From Hyphochytrium catenoides (Eukaryota; Protista; Hyphochytriomycota), in contig FLMG01001546.1 of the NCBI GenBank assembly GCA_900088475.1, forward strand, positions 62,001-126,000: DNA of 64,000 nucleotides. The letters are read 5' to 3'. The notes under the pieces are model-generated. The model saw nothing but the letters and a program-made list of their open reading frames with translations. It did not search any database and was not told where the DNA came from. Position numbers and translations under genes: made by a program. Below, piece after piece: positions 48,429 through 60,349 of the stretch (positions are counted from its first letter, which is position 1; each line of letters starts with the position of its first letter).

Positions 48429-51400
48429 ATGATGAAGAGGGGCCCATCTCGATACCAGCAACAGCAGAAGAAAGGGAACTGGTCCAGTTCTGGCCAGGGA
48501 TCCCTCCTCAATAGTAGTGGGCGGCGGCAAACAGAGGCTCGACGTCGGAGCCAGCAGGAAGATGACATCATTGACTCAAAATATGGCTTCGAAAGATTCC
48601 GTGAAGGTAAAACCATTGGTGCTCCTTGGAGGTTTATAGGTCGCTCATGTAGTACCTTTATAGGACCCCCTCGATTAGGATGGCTTCTCAACATGCTTCC
48701 TATGACGCTGGAAGATAGCGATGGTCGAGAGGTTAGCGCTATAGAACTATTTTTTTTGGAGCAGAGCGGTGATACGTTTAAGGCAGCGGTGGCCTACGCT
48801 CCGTACTTCTACGTCCAAGTGCCGGAGCAGTTCGCCAAAGATGCTGCCACTCTTTTTCTGCGCCGGTTCATTACCTCCGTTGCCTCTGTTACCGTTTGTT
48901 TGAAGGAGGACCTGGACATGTCAAACCACCTCTCCGGGAAGAAAGGAGTTTTTCTAAAATTTTCCTTTTGGACCGTTGCTGATCTCATGGAAGTCAGATC
49001 TGCCATTTTTCCGTCTGTCAAGAAGAACAGGGAGAGGCTTGCCGCAAATGAAGCCTACCATGGAGTTACTACGACGGAGTTGCCAGACGACATCCTCGAT
49101 CTCATCCAGGATATCAGAGAGTATGACGTTCCTTATTATGTTCGAGTCTCAATCGATCTCGACATTCGAGTCGGGGCATGGTATGAGGTCACGGCAGTGG
49201 CAGGCAAAGTCAAGGTCGAAAGGCAGGTGGACATGGTAGAAAAGGCAGAACCACGTGTCCTTGCTTGGGATATTGAATGTACCAAAGCCCCACTAAAGTT
49301 TCCCGATGCATCGGTAGACCAGATCTTCATGATTTCCTATATGTGCGACGGCCAGGGGTACCTCATTATCAATCGTGAGATTGTATCTGAGGACATTGAG
49401 GACTTTGAGTACACTCCAAAGCCAGATTACCCCGGACCGTTCACTATCTTCAACGAAGCTGATGAATATCACCTCTTGCGGCGATTCTACGAGCACATAC
49501 TGGAAATCAAGCCACACATATTTGTCACCTATAACGGTGACTACTTTGACTGGCCCTTCGTGGAGACCCGTTCCAAAGTTCATGGTATAAACATGCAGAA
49601 GGAGCTTGGCGTACGGGCTGAGACATCCAACGGTTCCGTGGAATACCGCGGCAGGTCCTGTGTTCATCTAGATTGCTTTTATTGGGTCAAGCGAGACAGC
49701 TATTTACCGCAAGGATCACAAGGTCTGAAAGCGGTGACAAAGTACAAACTCGGTTATGATCCTGTGGAAGTTGACCCGGAAGACATGGTAAAACTGGCTG
49801 TAGAGAATCCTACTCATATGGCTTCATACTCAGTGTCAGACGCTGTGGCCACCTACTACCTCTACGAGAAGTATGTGAACTTATTCGTTTTCTCACTGTG
49901 CACCATTATTCCCATGGGATCTGAAGATGTCTTGCGAAAGGGCTCAGGCACCCTATGTGAGGCTCTCTTGATGGTAGAAGCCTTCAAGGGCAATATCATT
50001 TGCCCTAACAAGAAGCAGTCCGAGCAAGTCAAGTTTCATGATGGACACTTGTTGGATTCCGAAACATACATTGGGGGGCATGTCGAATGTCTTGAGACAG
50101 GGGTCTATCGATCAGATATTCCCGAGAAGTTCAAGCTAGTACCGGCTGCCTTTGACCAGTTAATTCGCAACATCGATGGTGACCTATCTTTCGCCATTGA
50201 GGTGGAAGCAGGGATCGACAGATCCACTATTACAAATTATGACGAGGTGCGCGCGCAAATCATCGAGAAGTTGGAGCTTCTTCGAGATACCCCGAATCGT
50301 GAAGAGCACCCTGTGATCTACCATCTGGATGTGGGCGCAATGTACCCTAATATTATTCTGACAAACCGGCTTCAGCCGTGCTCTATTGTCAACGAGACGA
50401 TCTGTGCCTCGTGCGACCACAATAAGCCAGATAACAGGTGAGGTCTACAGCATTGGTACTGCAATGTCTGTTCGCCGGGTCCCCTAGCTAATCACTCCTA
50501 ATCCGCGTTACAGGTGTCAGAGACAAATGGAATGGGTTTGGCGTGGAGATTTTGCCCCAGCGACTTTCGCAGAGTACAAGTCTGTTAGGGCTCAACTTGA
50601 AGGAGAGAGCATTGACGGTGTTCCTTTTCTTCAGCTTCCGTCAGCTGACCAAGCGAAGGAAGTGAAGAAGCGGTTGAAGGTCTGTTTCATCAATCTAAGC
50701 CCTCGTCAATCGTGCTTACCTCGTCCTTTCTTGTCTTTAGACGTACTGCACCAAAGTCTACAAGAAGGTGAAGGTTACCGAGGAAAAGAAGAGAGTGGAT
50801 ACCATCTGTATGAGAGAGAATCCTTTCTACGTCAATACGGTTCGAGCCTTTCGTGATCGAAGATATGACTACAAAATATTGACCAAAAAATGGGCGAAAC
50901 AAAAGGCGGCAGCCGAGAAAGCTGGAGACCCCCTCAGCGTTGTAGACGCGCGAGACAAGATGCTAGTCTATGACTCTCTGCAGCTTGCGCACAAATGCAT
51001 TCTAAACTCCTTCTATGGCTACGTGATGCGGAAAGGTGCTCGATGGCACTCTATGGAAATGGCTGGTATTGTTACAAACACCGGAGCAGAGCTGATCATG
51101 GGAGCCAGACAGGTAGTGATTGCAATCGACCTCGTTGCGTTCATCGCACTGGCCAGCTAATCTCCTGACCAATGCAATTGTCTAGCTGGTAGAACAGATT
51201 GGCCGGCCGCTAGAGCTGGACACGGATGGTATATGGTGCATATTGCCTGCCAGCTTTCCTGAAAATTTCTCTTTCACAACTCTAGATGGCAGTAAGGTCA
51301 ACATATCATATCCGTGTGTGATGCTGAATGCGGCAGTGCATGAGAACTATTCAAATCACCAGTACCAGGTACTCTGCCACCAGCGAAGCGCCAGTGTTTA

Positions 51401-54400
51401 CGACAACTCTGTCTACCTATTAGGTGAGCTAAGCTTCCCGGTATGCCTTTCCCTAGGACCTAGTTGACGGCACGTACAAGACAAGAAGCGAGTGCTCCAT
51501 CTTTTTCGAGGTGAGAACTTGGGCCATGCGATGTGCCACGCAAACATCTTATGAAAATAATTGAAAGGTGGACGGCCCATATCGCTGTATGGTTCTCCCA
51601 GCTTCAACCGAAGAGGGGCGGCTGTTGAAGAAGCGCTATGCTGTCTTCAATTTTGATGGATCTCTTGCAGAGCTGAAAGGTTTTGAGCTGAAACGAAGGG
51701 GGGAGCTGCAGCTGATAAAAATCTTCCAGTCCCATGTCTTTGAGCAGTTCCTCAAGGTAAGCACCTCCAAGGCTTGCCATTCCTTCCTCTTGGCACCGTT
51801 GTTCTCATTTCTGTTCATCATATTGGCCAGGGAGACACTCTGCAGGCATGTTATGCCGCCGTGGCTCAGTCCGCCAACCATTGGCTTGATATCCTGGAGA
51901 CGAAAGGAAAGGATCTTAGTGATGAGGAGCTGCTTGATCTTATCTCTGAAAACAGGTTAGTTCGCTTTTTTTACATTCTTGTCGAAAACACGGGTCAGCG
52001 TTCTGAATCTCCCAAGGGTGGTGCAGGACGATGACTCGATCTTTGGACGATTACGGAGAACAGAAGTCTACTTCAATCAAGACGGCGAAAAGGCTGGCAG
52101 AGTTCTTGGGCGATGACATGGTCAAGGATAAGGGTTTGAACTGCAAGCTCGTTATTGCCAACAGGCCGGCTGGTGCCCCAGTGACGGAAAGGGCGATCCC
52201 AACCGCCATCTTTGCTGCGGAAGTTTCTGTCCGCAAACACTATCTCAGAAAGTGGTTAAATGACCCCGGTAGGTTGGTAGTTTGCAAATTAGAGAGTGAA
52301 AGGCCTTAGATCTTCTGACATAGTAACTTCTGCCCAATCCATTTCTCTGTGCATCTTAATACTACGTCGTTGAAGTTTAGCGAGACCTTTCATATTCCTT
52401 GACTTATTTAGCTTGTCCTCGTCCTCCGCTATTACTCTTTGCTGCTGCCAGGAATGAGTGACTTCGATATCCGGGCAATTCTCGACTGGGAATACTATCG
52501 AAACCGCTTAAATAGCTGCATCCAAAAAATCATTACCATCCCGGCTGCTCTTCAGATGGTCGACAACCCTGTGCCGAGAGTGCAACATCCTGACTGGCTC
52601 GCAAGAACCGTCAAGGCAAAATCTTCTTCCTTCAAACAAAAGACCATGCACCAAATGTTTGCTCCCATGACGGCAGATGAGCGTCAGAAGACCCTTAACG
52701 GGATAGCAGGTTCTCTTACTGGATATAACCTCTGCGCAGCCAGTCTGGTCGAGAACAGATGCATCATGGATTTATGTACTCTTCTTTTGTACCTGTTCTG
52801 ATTTACCCTCTTCAGATGCCCTCTGCTTCCCCTTCAATCTCTCTCTTACCATTGCTTTCTCCTTCGTATCCTGCCCACTTCTTACTAGACTCAGGTTATG
52901 CTATAATGCTCCTAGATCTTCTGCGTGAGTTGTATCACATGTGCACTAACGCTGTCTTCATACCATCAGATATGGAGGACTTTGGCACTAGTCACGTAGG
53001 CCGGAAGAAAGTCCCCACTGTCCATCGACAAAGATTCATAGTAAGTGGGAAGGAGAACGATACTGGAGCTGCTAACTTGGAAAAAGAGATGCAGCAAAAT
53101 GGTGACGGCACTCAAGAGTTGGCAGAGAGGCTCCAGTCCACTTTTATTGGTCCCAGGAGGGAGGAAGACTATACCAAGTGGCTTCAGGTTAGAAAGCAGC
53201 AGTGGAAGGAGCAGAGAAACAGAAGGAAAAGGCGCAGACAAGAGCCTCTTAACCCAGATAATACAGGCCATGATGCTGTCCAAAGCCCTAGCAAGGTAAG
53301 GTACTGTTGGCGATCAAGTCGCTCCATGTTACTCGGAGTGGTGTAACCTCCGACATAGCTTGGGCCTCTTAACGTGGCCTAGATCTGGACGGCTTCCGCA
53401 ATGCTTGTGTGACAGAAACGAGTTCTTAGGAGTTTCGACACGGAAGTAATTTACCTCCAAGCATTTTAACATCACGTGCATGCTAGGACATGATGGGCTT
53501 CTTGCAAAACGCCTCCCGTTCTCTAGTGCAGCGATACTGGCAGGTGCTTGAGATCCAACCGCTGGATAATCCTGGGACTTTCCAGCTGTGGGTCTTGACC
53601 GAGCCTGGGAAGCTACAGAGTGTGACCGTGACGGTGCAGCGGACGTTCTACGTAAACAGCATAACGTCTCAGGATAGCTCCTTTGGCAAACCTCTCCGCA
53701 AGCTTTTACCCCGAGGACGACTGCCCATGCATTTGTATGAAATATCAATGAGTGAGACCGCTTTCCAGAAAAATAAGAAGTATTTGTCCGACATCGTAGC
53801 TGATCCCGAAATCGAAGGTGGGTGACCGCAAAGAAGATTGCAGATTTAGAACAGAGGTGGAAGCAACACTGAGCAGCGACGGGGAGGGATGTGCACTTTT
53901 CTTTGGAAAAGGAGAACCTGATCAGGTTTTGCAGGGGGGCTTTGTACTTCATATTGCTTCCAACGTTAACCCGCTTATGTTCGCTGAAGGTGTTTATGAG
54001 CTCCAGACCCCACTCCATTTCCGTGCCGTCGAGAATATTGGCTGTGTGGCAGCTGTCAATGCTGCGAGGAGAAGCAGACCCATCACCTCAAAGGACCCCC
54101 TTCGTATCACTGAACTAGAATACCTCACAGCTGATGAGGGACAATATCAGTATTTAAGCCAGGTACGATTTCAATCTGCCGACAATTTCTATCTCCATGC
54201 CAGAGTCGGGGTTAAGCACTTACACTTGAGAGTGCAAGCCTTCTCCCTCTAAGATTTCTACTCTTTGCAGAATTCTGCTTCTATGCGGCAGATCTTTTTA
54301 TACTTTGCATCCACGGACGATAGGGCCGTCTTTGGCCTCTTTTTCCTGGAAAAGACCAATGGAGAGATAGAAGAGCTTTGGAAAGAGGGCGTGTCAGAAA

Positions 54401-57400
54401 ACAGTTTGGTACCGGTCGAGGCGACAGCCCACGTCTGGGTCGCTGACCCTTATAGGGCAGTCGACCAGATACCCAACCTTAATAGGCTGTTCGAGAAAAC
54501 CGAGAAACCTGAAAAAAGTGCGTGCACTTTCAAGACGACTTCCGTTCCTGGCATTATGGAGGGGTTTAATGCAGTTAGCACTGCGCTGGCGGAGTATCTG
54601 AGTCAAAAGCATGGCCCGACCATGGTTCAGTGTTTCAGGTAACCTCCTCCTAAGAAAGTTTATAGCGGAGGGACTCTTGAAGACCTCGTTGGAGCAACAA
54701 CAAAGTCACAAGTACTCATCATGGCGCTTGCTGTTGTTCCTCCCTGATGGCCCATTTCTTACCCATTGTCTCTCGCTTGACCTATGTGCCGTTTACTGTC
54801 AAGCCCTATGACCAACAAGAATCTACGAAGACTTATCCCAGCCCTTACCGGTTTTCCAGTTGCTACGCTGTATTGGGCCAATGAGGACAATCAGTTCCCT
54901 CCGTTGCAGTGGCAGACCTTTGCGGCCCAACGGATGATCGAGCGCTTCCTTCAATCAGCAGAGTGGTGGATGAATCTCCTCCATTGTGCTCGGTACTCTA
55001 ATATTCCTGTGGGCAACATTGGACAAGATATGGCCATATCGATGGCGGATGTCTTCTTGGCGAGGTTTCTGCACAAGAATAATCATATTGTATGGGCTTC
55101 TCCGTCGACTAAACCCGATCTGGGAGGACATGAAGGAGATGACAACGACGCCTTCGTAGAAGATCATGAGAATGTCAGGTAAGTTCAATAGACGACCTCG
55201 GGCAGATGCACTTAGGGTTGATAGCCATGCCATAGCCAGAAAGCAGAGAGAGAGAGAGAAAGAACTGCTGTCTGAAGCGAGTGTAGAATCCCGGTAATCG
55301 ATACCGTAGATCTGCAGAAATGACGATGCGTTTCCATCCTCAGGAAAAGTTAGGGCTGACACATGATGACTTTGGCAGGGTATGTGAACCGGGCAACTAT
55401 ATGTCCTACTGTGTGGAACTGAACATAGAAAGCCTAGCAGTCAACACTTTGATCAATAGTTCATTTATCCACGAGATTGAAGGTGCCGAGGACTTCGCAG
55501 AACTGGAAGTGGACAATATCCAGGATTGGGAAATGGACAGGGAAGCCACAGGGTCGGCAATACTATCAAAGCTCAGTTCACAGGCAGATGATTCGTCATG
55601 TTCAAGGACATTTCGTTTGCTAAAGAAGCTCGTAGAGCAGTGGTTTAGAGACGTCACCAGAGCCCAAAACCATATTGCGGACCATTTGCTTCAGGTAAAC
55701 TTTTTGATATAAGCTGACAGTAGACAGTAGAGACCTGATGGCCAAAGAGAAATGTTGCTTCATGTGAAGGAAACAGCAAGCAGCAAAAGGAGAGAATGGT
55801 TTGAAAAGGATCGGGACTAGACACTGAGAACGATAATGTCTGATATTGCATATTCTTCCGGTTAGGAGTTAATTGGGCAACGCTCTTAAGAGTTTAGCTA
55901 ACTCTACCGTGTACAGAACTTTTACCGTTGGCTGTACTCATCCACCTCGTTGCTCCACGAGCCAGTATTGCATCGGTTGGTGCATCGATTGATGAAGAAG
56001 GTGTTTATGCAGCTGCTCTCGGAATTCCGACGGCTGGGCGCTTTAATAGTCCAGGGCTCCTTCAGTAGAATCATATTATGTACACAGAAGACTTCCGCCA
56101 CTGCGGCGGCCGATTACATTAGGTAAGACTCAAATTGAGAAGGGCTCGACCTTACCATATCTGGTGGCTCAATTTTGCGACTGGATGCCTCTTGAGGCGT
56201 CCTTTTTGGACGCTGCCTCTACGATCATGACGTCCAATCTCCTTGCTTTTCTGCTTGTTAAGCTCTTCCAATCCAATGCGCCCAGCTTACACGCGCTATC
56301 CCCACCTATCGATACACACTCCCTCAACAACACCCTGTAGGGTGTACTCAGTACTGACATCTCTATCTGTAGCTTCATCTGCAACACCATTACGTCAAGA
56401 CCGCTATTCAGCTGCCTCAAGCTGACTCCAAATGTTATGTGGGAGAATCTCCTCCTCCTCGATGAGGAGAACTTTGGAGGAGTTCCTGTCTCAATCTCTC
56501 CATCGCTGGAGGAGGCTAGCAAAACGCTGGGTCAGCCTGTTGAGATAGTGTCGCATTGGAACGTTGCAGAATATCTCCCTGAGGCAGTTCGAGAGTATTT
56601 CCGCACGACGGTGGCACAGTTTATTAGGGGTAACGTTGAATATAGGTAAGAGAAGCGCCTCGCGTAGGACTACGAAGATGGAGCTGATCCTCATAGGTTC
56701 TAATTCCTTATTACCTCCGTTCTCAGGCGAAGACTCGTGGCTACAGAAGATTCAGCGAAGCAGCGTTGTACGTTAACTCAATTTGGATGCTCATACTCTG
56801 ACCTCTGTCGTCTGGTGATCTTTCCGTGATTTTGCATGCTTTATGTCGACACTGGGTTGAGGCTCGCTCTCTTTGTCCACTTTCATCTTTCTTCTGTTCA
56901 TTTTAAGAGACTAATTACACCTTACTCCTAGCCGAGTTCCTGTCTGAAAAGCAAGCGGAGCATATGCGGAAGCGTATCGAGAACTTCTTCACTAATAAAC
57001 TTCTGGATCTTATTCCCGAGGTCTACAAGCTTGTTCGCTTTGGTGACTGAAAAGTCTAGATCGTGACCGAATATTCCCATTCACTCGTGCCCGTCCCTTG
57101 TTGCGCTTGCCCTACTCGTGACAGCTCGCTATAATCAAGTTGGATGAGGACCATGCACCGGCGGTTGGGAAGAAGCAGAGCTCCAATTGCGGATTGGAGC
57201 TCACGAAGTATCTGTGCAGAGTTTTCAGGCTCGAGCCAGCCATAGAGTTCCAAGTGCTTAAGCTCAAAAAGACTCTTCTCCGACAGCTAAACGTGAAAGA
57301 GTTCTCTGAGGTGGGCGTTCTGTCGGTCATCTAGATTCCATTTCACTCGAATCCGTATGAATGCTTCTAGTGCGCGCTCTTTCGCCTGGTAAATTTACCC

Positions 57401-57958
57401 TTAACCTGTCATTCGCTCATCGAGGTCCTTTCTCATTATTACCTTCCCTTTCATTCAATCTTACATGATGTGCCGTATGCCCCCACTTGCTGTTTGGTGT
57501 TGGCCTAACAGGAGTCCAAGTGGCACAATCCTGCCCAAAGCTTTATTCTTTCCGATGTCATTTGCACATACTGCAATCATTGCAGAGATATCGATCTGTG
57601 CAGGGACCCCGAGCTTATGGAGGCGGCACCCGAGACCGATGGACCTTTAAGCTTCTGGAAGTGTTCCGAGTGCCACTCTGCCTATGACAAGGAGGCGATG
57701 GAATTTCGTCTAGTGGAGATGCTCGAGAGACGGACTGTCAAATTTCAGCTGCAAGACCTGGTCTGCAAAAAGTGTGGACTTCCCCAGGCAGATACCATGA
57801 CAGAATACTGTCAGTGTGCCGGCCGCTTCGACGCAATGATGCAGCCGGATCTTATGTATAAAGCCCTCGACACTCTTAAGGGTATAGCGCAATACCACGA
57901 TTTCAGATTGCTGCTAGAAACTGTAGAGTGGTTTGCGGCGGCAGAAAGCAGCGTCTAA
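48429..57958 (+). CDS. POLE: DNA polymerase epsilon catalytic subunit A, multi-exon
   Basis: RLGWLLNM; [15 protein letters not shown]; Exo[14 protein letters not shown]; [11 protein letters not shown]; [16 protein letters not shown]; [20 protein letters not shown]; [14 protein letters not shown]; [10 protein letters not shown]; LKKRYAVFN; C-terminal CysA (CTYCNHC...CSEC) and CysB (CKKC...CQC). Confidence 0.98.
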
Positions 57959-58274
57959 TGTGTAAATCATGATCCTTTCACCCTCTTCCGCATGCTTAAA
58001 GTAGTTCATCTAGCCTACAGAATGGCAACTGAGAACTAGAACGTCGGGACTGGCAGGGTGGTAAGCAGTACTTAGGGCAAGTCTAGGAATGGGGGTGGGA
58101 GCTACTGGTAAACATGAGTGTTTGGGGTGCGATGGCTGTCTTAAAATCAGGTAGGGGCAAGACAGGCTAGGAGAGCAAAGAAAATCCTCACTTAGGTGAT
58201 TGTTGATCCCTAGAGGAAGCGAAAGAAGTGCCATTACCGGCTCCGACTGGCCTTCTGAAAGGCTCTCTACGACC

Positions 58275-59586
58275 CTAACTCTGGGTGGTTTTCCTCCTCT
58301 TAGCCTCAGGACTGCTAGGAGCGTGAGCCGTCGCAAAGTACTTCTTCGACTTGACAGGATCGGCCACCATTGTCGCCTGGCCAGGTTTCCAGCCAGCTGG
58401 GCAGACCTCCCCATGTTTGTCAACATATTGAAAAGCCTAGAGTGAAGCCGTTAATAGAAGGAACAACGGGTCAGAGATTTGAGGCGTAAGGCATCGGCTC
58501 ACATGGACAGCTGGGAAACACAAGCGGACTCATGAAGGGGGAAGGGAAGGACAGATCCACCAAACGACACAATTCTATACTGCTAGGGGAGATGAAGGGT
58601 GATATACGTCGCGCTGTCAGCAACCAATGTCGTACTTACCTTTACCAATCGGAGTACTTCGTCGACATTACGGCCGACAGGAAGATCATTCACGTACTTA
58701 TGTCTAATGATGCCCTTGTCATCGATAATAAAAAGTCCTCTTCACACAGAAAGAGAGACAATGTCAGAAGCCGGACTAAGCATTTAAGGGGTGCCAGCAG
58801 GCTAATCTCTTTCCACCTCGTACTGTCTGATTCTCTGCATGTTAAGTCTAGCCGCCCACCCATGCACCACATAAAGGGACAAGCAAAGAACGGCAACAAG
58901 ATCAAGGAGATAGAGGACTCATCTCCATCGAGTGAGGACAGCAAGATTCAGGGGTCGCCAATACCTAAGGGCTACACCCACGTCTCCATCCTTCGGATCA
59001 GTGATAAGAACTCCATAATCAGTGGCAATCTTTCTAGATAGGTCACTGACAAGCGGCATCCGGATACCCTTCAGACCTCCAGCACTAAGAATAAGAGAGG
59101 ATTGCTGAGATTATTCTAGGAGCATCCAATCCGTAACAAATGCCCTACTTGCGCGGTGTGGACGCCCAAGCGAGGTGAGAGAACTTGGAGTCTACCGAGA
59201 TGGCGAGTACCTCAGCCTTCACATCGTGGAACTCTGAAAGTCGATCACTGAAAGCGACAATCTCCGTGGGACAAACGAATGTGAAGTCTGGTACAAGGCA
59301 GAGACGAGTGGACGAGAGGTCTCCCTATGTTAAGAATGGCACCAATGAATCCACATAAAGGTTATTCTTACCCAGAGGGTAAAACAGCAGAACGACGTAT
59401 TTGCCGTTGTATTTCTGAAGCTTGATGCGCTCAAACTTTTCATTAACCACAGCATCAGCTGAATCAGAGGTGATGGTCAGCGTTACGTATAGCCACTGTC
59501 TTCGTCAAACCACAGATAAATGATATCTAGTTCTTCTTTGCGGACATACCTTCGAACTGAGGAGCCAAACCTCGAACTCTTGCCAT
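58275..59586 (-). CDS. Typical 2-Cys peroxiredoxin (AhpC/Prx1 subfamily), 6 exons
   Basis: Hand-spliced: [21 protein letters not shown]...[26 protein letters not shown]...[21 protein letters not shown]...DYGVL...[52 protein letters not shown]...SKKYF...stop. Both catalytic Cys are present. Absent from the ORF track because exons are short. Confidence 0.95.
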
Positions 59587-60349
59587 GGTTGCTGACCTTT
59601 GTGGAGCTTAAGGAAGGAATCTGCCGACACTGGAACAGAAGTGTTGAGCAAGGGGAATGAACAAGGGCAGTTCAGCGTTAATAGGAGCAGCTATAGGAGC
59701 ACCCAGTCGTTTCAGCTCAATAAGGATAATGAGCTCTATGGAACTGATCCAAGGGCTTCACCTGCCAGAGATCTTTGGCAAATCTTCAAATAGAAATGCT
59801 CTCTTGGCCCTTGCAAATGAATGAGCAGCGGTGGAGAACAGCGGTGGAGATGATGATTGAAGATCAGCATGAACACTGAAGACAAGAATCGTTCCTTGAG
59901 ATAAATCACTGCTCTCTTGGCGTTAGCGGCTGTTCGTGCTGTAACGCCCATTTAATAGGCCGAACCAACTTCCATCTGCTCCCTCTGCATCAGCATCAAT
60001 CAAAAGCACTCTCTTTTTACTGCGGTGTGCCGTGTGCCAACCATAAGCGAGTGGGCCAAGTCATTGCGCCGCACCAAGTGCATCCTTGGCTTGAGGACAG
60101 AGTCTCTAGTTCTGAGCTTGTGCCTCAAGTGCCTTGGTCCAGGGAACTACTATACAAGCTGGATTCTAACTGGACGGCGCCTTATAACACAGTCCTTTGA
60201 GGGATAATGCTCGAGTACTGGCGTTATTGAGACGTAGCGTTTGCTATGGAAGTCGCCCGACTTAGTCTGATTGCCAGGGACGCCCCACGAGCACTTTCTA
60301 TGCCGAACTATCAAGTAAGCTTTCTCTTGCTGTAGGCTCGAAATAAGCC

